A stretch of DNA of 64,000 nucleotides from an uncultured Acidobacteriota bacterium (GCA_963717745.1 CAVQXJ010000011.1:26948-90947); one strand, 5' to 3'. Shown: positions 27,929 to 40,685, counted from the stretch's first letter. Numbers and translations are program-made. The notes: generated by a model from the letters alone, not told the origin.

Positions 27929-28042
27929 CGCGAAAATCCTCGCCGGCCGATACGCATCGGGACTCGTCCCCGGGCGTCTGGCCGGCAGTCAATCCTGTAA
28001 GTCTATCAATCCGTCCCAGTTCCGCGGCAGAGCCGAACCGGG

Positions 28043-30022
<1,980 letters not shown>

Positions 30023-30087
30023 GAGCTTTCGCCGTCAACTGCCAACGTCCAACTTCCATTCCAAAGGAAGCGGGTCGAAGGCGGGAA

Positions 30088-30144
30088 TTCTCCCTTGTCC
30101 CTTCTGCCTTCTCCCTTGTCACGCGGGGCTTTTCATCACCCCGC
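30088..30144. repeat. family C element, reverse orientation
   Basis: The reverse complement reads ggtgatgaaaagccccgcgtgacaagggagaaggcagaagggacaagggagaa. It lies between convergent genes and abuts the stop codon at 30144..30146. Confidence 0.8.
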
Positions 30145-30929
30145 TAGAAAACTGCCCAGCCGGCAAGCGCCTGCCAGCCCGCCGTTGACGCGAGCGGCAT
30201 CCGGAGTGCCTGCGTCAGGACGATGGTGGCTCCCCCGATGAGCGTCGCCGGGTGCATCCGCCCGCGCGCCCTGAAATCCCACACGATGAGCGGTACCAGA
30301 AAGAGATCGGTGACCAGGCTGGGCATGTCGAGGAATGGAACCGGGGATGAGCCGTTCATGAACGCGAAGGGCCAGCGGCCGACCGCGGCTTCGACCATGA
30401 CGATCGACGCCAGCAGCATGTAGCGCTTATGCGCTTGCGGGTCGCGCCGCGCGACGACTGCCAGCGTGACGAAGACGGCAAAGAGCACGATGGCCGCGAT
30501 CGGCACGACGAGGAACTGGAGCGGCGGGAGAGGGATATCGATGAAGCCGGTGGCCCGGCGAGCCGCCACGAGGGAGCCAACAATCCCCAGCACCACCATG
30601 CCCGCGGCAAGACCCAGGCTGGCGAACCCGAGGCGCCGATGCCAGGCTACGCGCCTTGCCGCGATGAGGGAGGCCTGAACCGGGAGGAGCAGGTACCACG
30701 CTGCGAACAGGGTCCCGTGCAGGATGAAGATGCTCTCTGGTGCGGCGTGGGCAGCGGCCCAGGCCGGAAACCACGCGCGCAGGAAGAACGTTCGCGCGAA
30801 GCCGACGAACACGGCAATCGCGAGCGCGGCGGAGAATGTGAGATAGAACCGCCGCTCGGCGGTCCGGATCGCTGCGGATGATCGAACGAGCGGTCGTGGA
30901 ACAGCCGCGGCGTCAATCGTCGTTGACAT
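30144..30929 (-). CDS. polytopic membrane protein, function unknown
   Basis: From Met 30929: ~6 hydrophobic segments (FYLTFSAALAIAVFVGFA.., ILHGTLFAAWYLLLPV..), with high third-position GC. I do not recognise the family. Confidence 0.55.
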   Translation of the reverse strand: MSTTIDAAAVPRPLVRSSAAIRTAERRFYLTFSAALAIAVFVGFARTFFLRAWFPAWAAAHAAPESIFILHGTLFAAWYLLLPVQASLIAARRVAWHRRLGFASLGLAAGMVVLGIVGSLVAARRATGFIDIPLPPLQFLVVPIAAIVLFAVFVTLAVVARRDPQAHKRYMLLASIVMVEAAVGRWPFAFMNGSSPVPFLDMPSLVTDLFLVPLIVWDFRARGRMHPATLIGGATIVLTQALRMPLASTAGWQALAGWAVF

Positions 30930-31014
30930 GTGTGCGCCACCCGGGTCGAAGACAGGCAGATCGAATGGTTTCAGGGAGTGGAATCGCGTCAACTATACGC
31001 CGGTCCCTCCTCCG

Positions 31015-33667
31015 CTACGGCATTCCCTTCCAGTTGAGAATCACCGTGATCGCCGCCGGATCGATCGCGTCAGTCGCGGCGTTGATCAGGAACCGCTCGC
31101 CGTCGGCCGACACGACGTACTGCTGCCGCGTCATGGAGCTGCGGTCGAGCTCAGTTCGAAAGAGAGCGAGCCGCGGGCCCAGAACGGGCTTTCCGTTCGT
31201 GCGGGAATGTCACCCGGACCGATGTCAATCGTTGATCGCCAGCAATGTAGAACAGTTCCGCCCCGTTCTTTGCCCAGCGCACTTGCTGGCCACCGCCCGC
31301 CGAGACCTGAAACCGATCGCCGGGGCCGGGAAACGGCTGCAGATAGATTTCAAAATGGCCCGCGTCATTCGATTCATATGCGACCCACTTGCCGTCGGGA
31401 GAGAACTGGCCGTCGCGTTCGTGGAAGGCCGTCTGAACGAAAGGGTGAGGCGTGCGGTCGCTACCGAGCGACACATACCAGAGGTCGACTGACAGACCCG
31501 TGCCCCGGGTGTACAGAAGCACGCTTCCGTCCGGCGACACCGCCGACGGGTAAATCATCGTTGGCTCTTTCAGCACGGGTTGCTCGGGCGTGCCTTCGGT
31601 CACTGATCGTGAATAGATGTTTGAATTGTTTGCCTGGTAGAAGATCCGCCGCCCGTCCGATGACCAGATTGGATTGAAGTCGATGGACCTGGGCGACGTG
31701 AATGTGCTGACAGCGCCTTCCATGTCGACCAGCCAGATGTCCCAGCTACCACCGCCCCCCCGGCTGAAGGCGATCCGACTGCCGTCGGGCGACAGCGAAA
31801 GATTGGCCATGCTTCTTTGATCCGGTGTACCAAGCGTCTCGAGCCGCTTGCCAGAACGATTGAACCAGGCGAACTGCGTGCGCCGGATGCTGTCCGTCCC
31901 ATACGCAACCGGTCCTGATGCTGACGCGGCGAGCGAGGCGAGGCTGATCCCTGGATTGACCGAGACGTTGTCGGCGACGCGAAAGGCCTCACCGGCGAGG
32001 GCCAGCCGCGTGGCATCGAAAGACTGCGCCAGCAGCTCTCCCTGCCGCGCAAAGAGCAGATGACCCGATCGTGCATGGACGGCGGCACCGTCCGCCTCGA
32101 GCAGCCGCCGCGCCTCAGTGCCGTCGAGGCGGGCCACGTGTACCCCGCGGACGTGCGCCTCCCCTCTAGCGAAATAGAGAAAGTGTTTACCGTCCGGAAG
32201 TATGAAGGGCGCTCGATGGTCGTTTTGCCCGGCCTCGAGTCGTGTGGCGACGATTGACTGGCCGCCGGTTGCCGACACCCGGAATAGCGGACCCTTTGGG
32301 TTCGGCGCGAACAGAATTGTGCCGTCGGCCTGCCATGCGCCGCCGCGCGGGACCGGAGCGTCGGCGACGATCTGGATGGCCTGGCTGTCCACGTCGAGAC
32401 GCTTCAACTTCTGCTCGGCGAAGAACCCAATCGACCGGCCGTCCGGCGACCAGAACGGAAAGCTTGCGCCCTCAGTTCCGAGCAGCAGCCGGCCCGACGA
32501 CGAAGCCAGCGGCCGCAGCCACAGCGGACTGGGCTGCTGGACGCCGAAGCCCGGCGCCACGACGATCTGTTGACCATCTGGCGAGATCGCAAGCTGTGCG
32601 AAGTCAGGGACAACGCCGCGGGGAAACAAGAGGTTGAATCTGACTTCCGATGGAGCAGCCGCCTTGCGGTACACCGGGGCCACCACCACGGCCGCGACCG
32701 CGGCCGCCAGTGCGACCAGCAGCGCCAGCGCCCAGGCCGTTCGTTCGGCACGCCACATCTTCGGCGATGCGCTGTCTGTCTGCGGGCGCCACCCCTTCGC
32801 GTCCTCGAGCGCGATGCGTACGTCGCCGATGTCCCGCCAGCGCTCTTTCGGATCCTTTTCGAGACAACGCGTCAGAACGTGCCGCACGGGCGTCGGAGTT
32901 GCCGGCGGCAGCGCGGTCCAGTCGGGCGATCGCTCCAGGACCGCGGCGATCGTGTCTGAAATCGTTGCGCCGCGGAACACCATGCGACCGGTGATCATCT
33001 CGAACAGCACACAGCCGAACGCCCAGATGTCCGTGCGCTGGTTGACCGCCTGACCGCGCGCCTGCTCGGGACTCATGTAGGCCGCGGTCCCAAGAATCAC
33101 GCCGACGCCGGTCATCAGCGCCGGTGCGGTGGCGGTCGGCGGTGCGGTCATGTCCACGGCTCCGGCGGCCGTCAGGTCGAACGCCTTGGCGAGCCCGAAG
33201 TCGAGGACCTTCACGGTGCCGTCGGTCCGAACCTTGACGTTCGCGGGCTTCAAATCACGATGGATGATGCCCTGTTCGTGAGCGGCCTCCAGTGCTCCAG
33301 CGATCTGGAGGGCGATGGTCACCGCTTCGGCAGCCGGGATGGGTCCCTGCGCGATCCGATCCGCGAGCGTGGGTCCGTCCACGAGCTCCAACACCAGTGC
33401 GCGCACGCCGTTGGAGTCTTCAAGGCCATGAATCTGCGCGATGTGTGGATGATTGAGGGCGGCGAGGGTTTTCGCCTCGCGCTCGAACCGCGCGAGCCGT
33501 TCGGGGTCGGTCGCGAACGCTTCCGGCAGGATCTTCAGCGCAACGTCACGATCCAGCCTCGTGTCGCGGGCGCGATACACCTCGCCCATGCCGCCAGCGC
33601 CGATTTTGGCGGCGATTTCGTAGGAGCCGAAGCGCACGCCAGAAGCCAGGGCCATGGGCGAAGCCAT
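31015..33667 (-). pseudogene. Ser/Thr protein kinase fused to TolB-like beta-propeller, one frame break near the C-terminus
   Basis: The kinase domain (GSYEIAAKIGAGGMGEVYRARD..HRDLKPANV..DFGLAK) plus a TM segment plus propeller repeats are in frame to 31151. The expected family C-terminus TNGKPVLGPRLALFRTELDRSSMTRQQYVVSADGERFLINAATDAIDPAAITVILNWKGMP-stop (31015) is in the next frame. The break is at ~31201..31205 (ttc ccg c acg aac). Confidence 0.8.
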
Positions 33668-33725
33668 TCTACGGTGTTTACCGGTACCGACTCCGGCCCG
33701 AGGAGGTCACCGCGTTGTCGCGCCG

Positions 33726-36563
33726 TCAGCGCGCCGCGGTTGCCGTCGGCTGTCCCGGTGCCTGATAGAGTCGCAGGCGCTGAATAGACCAGGTCGGACC
33801 GTTCTCGACGGTCGCCGTCTGCGTGATCCGCACGAACTTCGCGCTCACGGGCCTGAAGAGAATCACCGTCGTCGGCGTGCTTCCCTGGCCTTCGGCCACG
33901 GGCGCACTCCAGGTCATGCCGTCCATCGAGACCTGCACGCGATAGCCGAGCGGGGACGTTCCAACCATCGTGGGCGCTCCACCTCCGGTCGCACCAGCGC
34001 CGCCGCGCGCCCCTGGAGCTGCGCCGCGCCCTGCCGCCTGCATCGTGGAGTTGAAGTGGATCTCGGTGAGCAGGATCGGTTCCGGAAGCTGAATCTGGAA
34101 CCACATGCCGGCCTGCTGAGGCACGGTGGTCGTCCATCCCTGGAAATTCAAGCCGCCCGGCGCGGCCTGGGTGTTGTGGCTGGCCGTGATGTTCCACGAG
34201 CTCAGCGGCGTCAGGGCCACAGGCAGCGATGCTTCGATCTCCGCCTGCGTCCATGGCTTCTTGCGATCGCCGATCGCCGCGCGCACGCGCGCCACGTCCG
34301 CGGCGGTGACGAACGAACCGGAGTTGCCGAAGTTGGTCCGGAGGAACGAGCTCACGGCCGCGACCCATTCATCTTGGTTCGTCCCCATCGGGACCATTAC
34401 GTCCGTGTACGTCCGTCCGTCGATGGGCCCGGTCAGGCCGTGCAGAATCGCTTTGAGCACGTAGTCCCGATGCCCCTGCACCCGCGGCGAGCCGACCAAT
34501 GACGGCGCCTTCATCACGCCGCCGGTTTCCCCCGGCGTTCCGCGGCCGTCCGGACCGTGACAGATGGAGCACAGCTCGCCGTAGATCGTGGCTCCCCGCT
34601 GCAGCGCCGCCTGCTGTTCCGGAGTGCCTCCCCGCCCACCGCCACCCGTAAGGACCATCGCCGGTTGGAGGACCTGCGTCCCGATCAGCTGCACGCCGCG
34701 GGCTGTGTTGGTGGCCTGCGTTTCCTTCACGACGGCGCTCAGGTCTGGGGCTTTGAACAGCGACAGCGTGAGCATTCCCTGGATCACCACGTCGGTGTCC
34801 GCGTCTTTGGTGGCCGCCCGATAGTCGTCGAGCAACGAGCGATGACCGGCCTTGTAAAGGGTCTCGCTGGCGCGGATCGCCTGGATGCGCATCTGCGGAT
34901 TCGGATCCTTCATCTGATCGCGAACCAGGCCGAGGTCGAGCGCACTCAGGCCCTCCAGCGTCCACAGCGCGTGGAACCGCCCCAACAGGCTGTCGGAGGT
35001 GCGGACCATGCGTTGCAGCGCCGGCACCACCGACTTGTCCTGCTTCAAGACGAGCAGTTGCTGCGCCGAATCGCGCCACCAGCCGTTCGGATGGCCCAGC
35101 CGCTCCACCAATTGGGCAGCGGTGGCGTCGAGCAGCCGTGGCTGGGTCCGGTCGCGGTCCATGCCCTCGTAGGTGAGGCGCCAGATGCGTCCCCTGCGTA
35201 TATTGCTCGCCAGCTTGTATTGATCGATCTTCGAGCGGAGGTAGCTGCCCGGCCGCGTCCAGTTGCCTTCCTGGATGATGCCGCGGTACGGATCGACGAT
35301 GTAGATGGTCCCGTCAGGAGCCGTCGCGACGTCAACCGGCCGGAATAGATGATCGGTGGAACGAATGAACTCGGCGTGTTGCCACTGGTACACCTGCCTG
35401 AGCGTCGTCAGGCCTTCCGAGTGGATCGGCGTGGCGCGCCGCACGATCCGTGCGACCGGCTCACCGTAAAGATAGTCGCCCTGAAGATCGGAAGGCATCC
35501 GGTGGGCCCGGACGATGTCGTTGCCGGCAGCGCCGGTGACGCGCTGGAGCGTGAGCTCTCCGGGACGAATCGCGCCGGTCCCAGGCTGATAGTCTCCAAC
35601 GCCGGCGGTGCCCCACGCGATCTCGAATCCTGGTTCGAGGAACTGCTGGTTGCCGCCCCCACCGCCGCCGGCGGCCGCGAACGACACCCCGTAGTGGATC
35701 GGCAGCTGGAAATACCCAGGAAGCCCGCTGGCGCCTCCCTGGAACCAGACTTTTCCGAAATTGTCCTGGGTGATGCCCCACTGGGAGTTGTTGGCGGCGG
35801 TGGGTTCCTTGAGGATGCCGGCTGGTGTCCACCGCACGCGAAAGGCGTTGTAGGTCGAGTACATCCAGTTGTCCATGCCCCACATCAGGCTGCTCTGCTG
35901 ATGCTCGACGTTTCCGGCGCGTCCGAAATTCGTCGTGAACAACTCCTTCTTGTCGGCAACCGAGTCCCCGTTGGTGTCCGTGTATTTCCAGACCTCGTCG
36001 GTGTTGGACTCCATCGCGAGAATCGCGTTCGCGCCGATCGGCATCGCAAATCGGGGAAAGACCAGCTTGTCGACGAACACGCTGTGCTTCTCGTACACCC
36101 CGTCGTTGTTGACGTCTTCGTGCACCGAGATGCGGCCGGTCGGCGCAAGCTCGTCGGTCGCGTCCGCGTCCTGCATGTAGCCGCGAATCTCGACGACGAA
36201 CATCCGGCCGTTGCCGTCGAACGCAATCTGCATCGGCTCTTCGATGTCGGGTTCGGTGAGGACCGGCTCCATACGGTACCCGGGGGGAAGCACGAACCGC
36301 TTTTGTTCTTCTGCCGGCGATACTGCCGTGATCGGCGCCTTCGGAGACAGGTCCGCGCCTTCGAACGGATCGCTGCCGCGCCCGCCACCCGCTTGCCCTC
36401 GGCCACCTGGCGGCGCCGTTACGGCCGGAACGCCGGCGGACGGCGTCTGTGCGGTTGGCTGCGGTGCGCCCGCCGGCGGTGTTGGCGTCTGAGCGACCAC
36501 AGTCAGCCACGCGGTAGCGGTGGCCACGACGACAACGGGAACGACTCTCGACTTGGAAGACAT
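33726..36563 (-). CDS. large secreted heme-binding CxxCH protein (dehydrogenase-like propeller + HEAT repeats + cytochrome c + discoidin-like C-terminus)
   Basis: Signal peptide, then DGNGRMFVVE-type propeller region, a HEAT-like region (HPNGWWRDSAQQLL), CSICHGPDGRG (heme c site), and a C-terminal F5/8-type-C-like domain. Confidence 0.75.
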   Translation of the reverse strand: MSSKSRVVPVVVVATATAWLTVVAQTPTPPAGAPQPTAQTPSAGVPAVTAPPGGRGQAGGGRGSDPFEGADLSPKAPITAVSPAEEQKRFVLPPGYRMEPVLTEPDIEEPMQIAFDGNGRMFVVEIRGYMQDADATDELAPTGRISVHEDVNNDGVYEKHSVFVDKLVFPRFAMPIGANAILAMESNTDEVWKYTDTNGDSVADKKELFTTNFGRAGNVEHQQSSLMWGMDNWMYSTYNAFRVRWTPAGILKEPTAANNSQWGITQDNFGKVWFQGGASGLPGYFQLPIHYGVSFAAAGGGGGGNQQFLEPGFEIAWGTAGVGDYQPGTGAIRPGELTLQRVTGAAGNDIVRAHRMPSDLQGDYLYGEPVARIVRRATPIHSEGLTTLRQVYQWQHAEFIRSTDHLFRPVDVATAPDGTIYIVDPYRGIIQEGNWTRPGSYLRSKIDQYKLASNIRRGRIWRLTYEGMDRDRTQPRLLDATAAQLVERLGHPNGWWRDSAQQLLVLKQDKSVVPALQRMVRTSDSLLGRFHALWTLEGLSALDLGLVRDQMKDPNPQMRIQAIRASETLYKAGHRSLLDDYRAATKDADTDVVIQGMLTLSLFKAPDLSAVVKETQATNTARGVQLIGTQVLQPAMVLTGGGGRGGTPEQQAALQRGATIYGELCSICHGPDGRGTPGETGGVMKAPSLVGSPRVQGHRDYVLKAILHGLTGPIDGRTYTDVMVPMGTNQDEWVAAVSSFLRTNFGNSGSFVTAADVARVRAAIGDRKKPWTQAEIEASLPVALTPLSSWNITASHNTQAAPGGLNFQGWTTTVPQQAGMWFQIQLPEPILLTEIHFNSTMQAAGRGAAPGARGGAGATGGGAPTMVGTSPLGYRVQVSMDGMTWSAPVAEGQGSTPTTVILFRPVSAKFVRITQTATVENGPTWSIQRLRLYQAPGQPTATAAR

Positions 36564-36642
36564 GGGCGACTCCTGACGACCAACGACGAATTATCCAGCC
36601 AATCGGCCGCCGACGCCTCGCTCCTGACGAATCCTCGAGGTG

Positions 36643-36984
36643 CTATCGCAGCTTCACCACGCCCCCGACCATCAGCATCGCGATCACCACGACCATGACC
36701 GCGAGGATCGCCAGCGCGCGCTTGCGGCGCACGACGCGCCAGGCCTGGTAGCCGTTCTCGTCCAGGTAGAACCGGCTGGCGCCGGTCTCGCGGACAGCGC
36801 CGACCGACAGCATCCGGCGCAGCCGCGCGTGGCCGATCGGGCCGGGCGGATCGAACACGACGGCGTGTGCCGCGGTAGTCGCCCCTGCGGCGCGCAGCCG
36901 GCGGACGATCTTCTTGTCGGTGGCAAGAATCAAGGCGGCCAGGACCGCGGGGAACTGACTGCCGATGGCGGCGAGTGGACCCAT
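36643..36984 (-). CDS. small membrane protein, function unknown
   Basis: 113 aa with hydrophobic N- and C-terminal segments. Third codon positions are almost all G/C, as in the confident genes. Confidence 0.5.
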   Translation of the reverse strand: MGPLAAIGSQFPAVLAALILATDKKIVRRLRAAGATTAAHAVVFDPPGPIGHARLRRMLSVGAVRETGASRFYLDENGYQAWRVVRRKRALAILAVMVVVIAMLMVGGVVKLR

Positions 36985-37020
36985 GTGTGCAGGGTCCCAC
37001 GAGCGCCATCGGATGGCAAA

Positions 37021-37062
37021 CCCTGCATGTCAAGGGAGAAGGCAGAAGGGAAAAGGGAGAAC
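37021..37062. repeat. family C element, forward orientation
   Basis: 37027..37061 atgtcaagggagaaggcagaagggaaaagggagaa is the exact reverse complement of 15192..15226. Confidence 0.85.
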
Positions 37063-37076
37063 GTGGCTCTCGGTGC

Positions 37077-37697
37077 TCAGAGCAACAGCTGAATGAACTC
37101 CCCCAGCACCATCGCCGTCGCTCCCCACACCTGGTGTCCGCCCAGGTCGAGATAGGAGTATTCCACTTCGACTCCTTCCCGCTGCCGGGTGCCGGTTCTG
37201 ATCCGCGACGCGTCCTGCAGATCCTCGAGCGGCACTTCGACGATGGCCTCCACCTCGCCGGGTGCGGGATGGAACGCCGGCCGCACGTCGGTGACGCCGA
37301 CGACCGGATGCAGGGTGAAGCCGCTCACGAGCACGTGGATCGGCGTGAGCTCGCCGAGGATGCGGACCGATGACGGGTCGATGCCGATTTCTTCCGACGC
37401 CTCGCGCAGCGCCGCCTGCGCGAGTGTCTCGCCGGGGTCGGTGGCGCCGCCCGGCAGGCTGATCTGGCCGGCGTGCCGCGCCAGCGTCGAGGCGCGGACC
37501 GTCAGCGGGAAGGCGACGCCGGTCTCAACCGGATAGAGACAGAGCAGCGCCGCGGCGACGCGCGCACCGACCGGGAACTCCCCGGCGCGCCAGCCTGGGC
37601 TTTTCGGGAACGGCGCGAATGGAATCTGCGCGTCGACACCGGGCAGCGTCCCGCTGAGCCGCTCGCGCAGTCGCGCCTCGAGTTCCACCAGCCGCAT
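37077..37697 (-). CDS. NUDIX hydrolase, CoA pyrophosphatase type
   Basis: FPLTVRASTLARHAGQISLPGG (NudL/Nudt7-type upstream motif) followed by the Nudix box GETLAQAALREASEEIG. Confidence 0.8.
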   Translation of the reverse strand: MRLVELEARLRERLSGTLPGVDAQIPFAPFPKSPGWRAGEFPVGARVAAALLCLYPVETGVAFPLTVRASTLARHAGQISLPGGATDPGETLAQAALREASEEIGIDPSSVRILGELTPIHVLVSGFTLHPVVGVTDVRPAFHPAPGEVEAIVEVPLEDLQDASRIRTGTRQREGVEVEYSYLDLGGHQVWGATAMVLGEFIQLLL

Positions 37698-37767
37698 GCG
37701 CTATTGTGCCGCTTTCGGCGGCGTCGAGTGTCGCGCCGGCGCCGCAGTGATCGCCTACCATAGCGGA

Positions 37768-39291
37768 ATGGCTGCCTTTCCTTCGATCGATGCCCGGCAC
37801 GGCGCGATGGTGCTCGAGCTGGTGCGCGGCTGCACGTTCGACGACTTCATCCTGGCGCCGCAGTACAGCGTGCTGCCGCGCCGCGATCCCGACGCCATCG
37901 ATCTGTCCTGTCAGCTGACCCGCGGCATCGTGCTGCGGCGGCCGGTGGTCTCCGCCAACATGGATACGGTCACGCGGGCGCCGATGGCGGTGGTGCAGGC
38001 TGAAGAAGGCGGCATCGGCATCATCGACCGCGGCTACCGGCCGGGCGAAATCGATCCGCAGGTGCGCGAAGTGGAGAAGGTCAAGCGCACGCAGCACGGG
38101 GTCATCGGCGATCCCTACAGCATCGCGCCAGGCGCCGCGCTGTCCGAGGCGCGGGCGTTGATGTCGCGATCGCGAGTCGGCACCCTGGTGGTCGTCGACG
38201 ATCGCCGCCGGCTGCTCGGACTGTTGACCGAGCGCGATCTCCGGTTCGTCGACGCGCGGCAGTCGACGGTGGCCGACCGGATGACGCCGGTCGATCGGCT
38301 GGTCGTGCATCAGGGCGATGTCTCGGCGGAAATCGCGCAGCAGGTGATGGTGCAGCGCAAGGTCAAGAAGCTGCCGCTGGTCGATGCCGCCGGCGTGCTG
38401 ACCGGGCTGGTGACGGCGAAGGACCTCATCCGGCAGCGGCGGCGCCCGTTCGCCACCCGGGATGCGCAGGGCCGACTGATGGTCGGCGCGGCGATCGGCG
38501 CCACCGGCGACTATCTCGAGCGCGCGTCCGAGCTGGTCCGCGCCGGTGTCGACGTGCTGGTCATCGACATCGCGCACGGACACTCGGTGGTGATGGACCG
38601 CGCGCTGCGCGAGTTCCGCCGGATGTTCCCCGACGTGCCATTGATCGCCGGCAATGTCGCGACCGCGGCGGGCACCACGTTCCTGGTCGAGCGCGGCGCC
38701 GACGGCGTCAAGGTGGGGATCGGTCCGGGCGGCGGCTGCACGACGCGAATCACCACCAGCTTCGGGGTGCCCCAGGTCCAGGCGCTGGTCGAGTGCCGTC
38801 TCGCGGTCCAGGGATCAGGCGTCCCGATCATCGCGGACGGCGGGATCAAGCGGCACGGCGCGCTCGCCGAAGCCCTGCTCCTTGGCGGCGACTGCGCGAT
38901 GCTCGGCAGCGCGTTTGCCGGGACCGACGAGGCGCCCGGCGAAGTGGTGCACAAGTCGGTGGTCCTGCCCGAATCGCAGAAGACCGTCAAAGTCCCGTTC
39001 AAGGTGCTGCGCGGCATGGCCTCCATCGAAGCGATCCGCGACCGCCTCGACGTCGAGGAAGCGGATACACGCGAGCTCGAGGCGATCGGCGCGGAAGGCA
39101 TGGAGATCAGTGTTCCGGCGCGCGGCTCGGCTCGAACCGTCGTTCGCGACATGATGAAGCACCTGTGCTCCTCGATCAGCTACGGCGGCGCCTCGTCGCT
39201 CCAGGAGCTCCGCCACTTGTTCTGGGCGGATCCGGGGACGTATCTGATCAAGCTGTCCGCGTCGGGACGCCGCGAATCGTATGAGCGGTGA
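37768..39291 (+). CDS. guaB: IMP dehydrogenase family protein with CBS pair
   Basis: From Met 37768: FDDFILAPQYS.., ANMDTVT, two CBS motifs, GIGPGGGCTTR catalytic-loop-like segment, IADGGI, GSAFAGT. The loop differs slightly from the canonical GSICTTR. Confidence 0.75.
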   Translation: MAAFPSIDARHGAMVLELVRGCTFDDFILAPQYSVLPRRDPDAIDLSCQLTRGIVLRRPVVSANMDTVTRAPMAVVQAEEGGIGIIDRGYRPGEIDPQVREVEKVKRTQHGVIGDPYSIAPGAALSEARALMSRSRVGTLVVVDDRRRLLGLLTERDLRFVDARQSTVADRMTPVDRLVVHQGDVSAEIAQQVMVQRKVKKLPLVDAAGVLTGLVTAKDLIRQRRRPFATRDAQGRLMVGAAIGATGDYLERASELVRAGVDVLVIDIAHGHSVVMDRALREFRRMFPDVPLIAGNVATAAGTTFLVERGADGVKVGIGPGGGCTTRITTSFGVPQVQALVECRLAVQGSGVPIIADGGIKRHGALAEALLLGGDCAMLGSAFAGTDEAPGEVVHKSVVLPESQKTVKVPFKVLRGMASIEAIRDRLDVEEADTRELEAIGAEGMEISVPARGSARTVVRDMMKHLCSSISYGGASSLQELRHLFWADPGTYLIKLSASGRRESYER

Positions 39292-39982
39292 GATCCGCGC
39301 CCGGCTGCGCGAGCGCGCCGACCCGGCCCGGGTCCCGATCCTCCAGCGGTTCTTCAAGACCGGCCCAGGCGAGTACGGGGAGGGGGACGTCTTCGCCGGC
39401 ATCACGGTGCCAGACCTGCGCGCCGTGTGCCGGGAGTGCCGTGCCGCGGCCATCCCCGAGATCCTCGAGCTGCTCGCATCGCCGGTGCACGAAGAGCGTC
39501 TGCTCGCGCTGATGCTGCTGGTCGAGGCGTTCAAACGCGGCACGGATGCCAGGAAGCGCGACATCTATCGGCTCTATCTCGCGAACACGAAGTTCATCAA
39601 CAACTGGGATCTCGTCGACAGCTCGGCGGCGCAAATCGTCGGCGCCTTTCTGTCCACCCGATCGCGCGCACCGCTCCGCCGGCTGGCCCGGTCGTCGTCT
39701 CTGTGGGAACGCCGCATTGCGATCATCGCGACGCTGTTCTTCATTCGGCAGGACGACCTCGACGAGACGTTCCGGATCGCGGATCTGCTGCTGGCCGACG
39801 ATCACGATCTGATTCACAAGGCAGTCGGATGGATGCTGCGCGAGGCGGGAAAACGCAATTCCGAGGCGGAGCGCGACTACCTGAAAACCCGCTACCGGCG
39901 GATGCCGAGGACGATGCTCAGGTATGCGATTGAGAGGTTTCCGGAAGCCGAGCGCCGCCGATATCTGGCCGGAACGATCTGA
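39281..39982 (+). CDS. DNA alkylation repair protein (AlkD-like HEAT-repeat glycosylase family)
   Basis: RFFKTGPGEYGEGDVFAGI..NNWDLVD..LWERRIAII..HDLIHKAVGWMLRE matches the family pattern. The start overlaps the guaB-like stop by 11 nt. Confidence 0.8.
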   Translation: MSGEIRARLRERADPARVPILQRFFKTGPGEYGEGDVFAGITVPDLRAVCRECRAAAIPEILELLASPVHEERLLALMLLVEAFKRGTDARKRDIYRLYLANTKFINNWDLVDSSAAQIVGAFLSTRSRAPLRRLARSSSLWERRIAIIATLFFIRQDDLDETFRIADLLLADDHDLIHKAVGWMLREAGKRNSEAERDYLKTRYRRMPRTMLRYAIERFPEAERRRYLAGTI

Positions 39983-40628
39983 TGGCGGCCGGCAGCGCCG
40001 ACGGAACATCCACGGCAAGCTCGCCGGGCTGGAGCGCGACGCCGCCCGGCGGCAGCCCGAATCCGTAACGCGCGAGGCACACGATGGCTCGGGCCGCTCT
40101 GGCGGTCGTCACGTCGATCGGCGAGTCGCCCACCAGCACGGTGGCCGACGGCGTGACGTCGGCCCGTGCCGCGAGGCTGAGCAATCCCGCCGGATCGGGC
40201 TTCCGTCCGAGCGGGCTGTCGCCGCCAATGACCTGCGAAAAGAAACCGGCCAGCCCGAGCCGCTCCAGGATCTCGCGCGTGGGCCGGCCGGGCTTATTGG
40301 TCAGGACCGCCAGGGCGAGGCCATCGGAGCGGAGCGCCTCGAGCGATGCCACGATGCCGTCGTACGGCCTGGTGTGCACGGTGAGCCGGTCGTCGTAGTG
40401 GGCAAGGAACCGCTCGAGCGCGCCCGGTGCGGAAGGGTCGAGTCCGGCGGCGGTCAGCGCCCGTCGAACGAGAACCGCCGCCCCTTCGCCCACCATTGCG
40501 GTCACCGCCTCGAGGCTGAGCGGTTCGCCACCGAGCTCGGCGATCAGCGCGTTGGTCGCGTCGGCGAGATCCCGGCGCGAATCGATCAGCGTGCCGTCGA
40601 GATCGAAAATCACCAGCCGGATCGCCAT
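39918..40628 (-). CDS. HAD-IA hydrolase, phosphoglycolate phosphatase-like
   Basis: From Met 40628: MAIRLVIFDLDGTLIDS..VLTNKP..GRKPDP..VGDSPIDV (HAD motifs I-IV). The remaining upstream part of the 455-aa track ORF is antisense to the PAP2 gene. Confidence 0.8.
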   Translation of the reverse strand: MAIRLVIFDLDGTLIDSRRDLADATNALIAELGGEPLSLEAVTAMVGEGAAVLVRRALTAAGLDPSAPGALERFLAHYDDRLTVHTRPYDGIVASLEALRSDGLALAVLTNKPGRPTREILERLGLAGFFSQVIGGDSPLGRKPDPAGLLSLAARADVTPSATVLVGDSPIDVTTARAARAIVCLARYGFGLPPGGVALQPGELAVDVPSALPAAIRSFRPDIGGARLPETSQSHT

Positions 40629-40685
40629 GGCCGCATTGTACCGGGCGAGCCGAACCACCGGCCGTTTACGCCTTGACCAGATGAC

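Noticed and set aside
25626-27992. 788-aa minus-strand ORF spanning the M28 peptidase and ferritin loci
   Set aside because: Only its central ~230 codons carry real M28 sequence. The remainder is out-of-frame read-through of the M28 C-terminal part and of the ferritin gene region. It is an artefact created by the two frame breaks.
27929-28042. Fur box in the divergent gap upstream of the ferritin gene
   Set aside because: I looked for a GATAATGATAATCATTATC-like 19-mer. Only a weak A/T-containing stretch (aatcctgtaagtctatcaatc) is present, which is not convincing by eye.
39918-39982. 65-nt convergent overlap of the AlkD-like and HAD genes as a possible antisense-regulation feature
   Set aside because: Both C-terminal tails are unconserved-looking, and the overlap may simply reflect late stop codons in GC-rich sequence. 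Nothing in the sequence itself supports a regulatory role.
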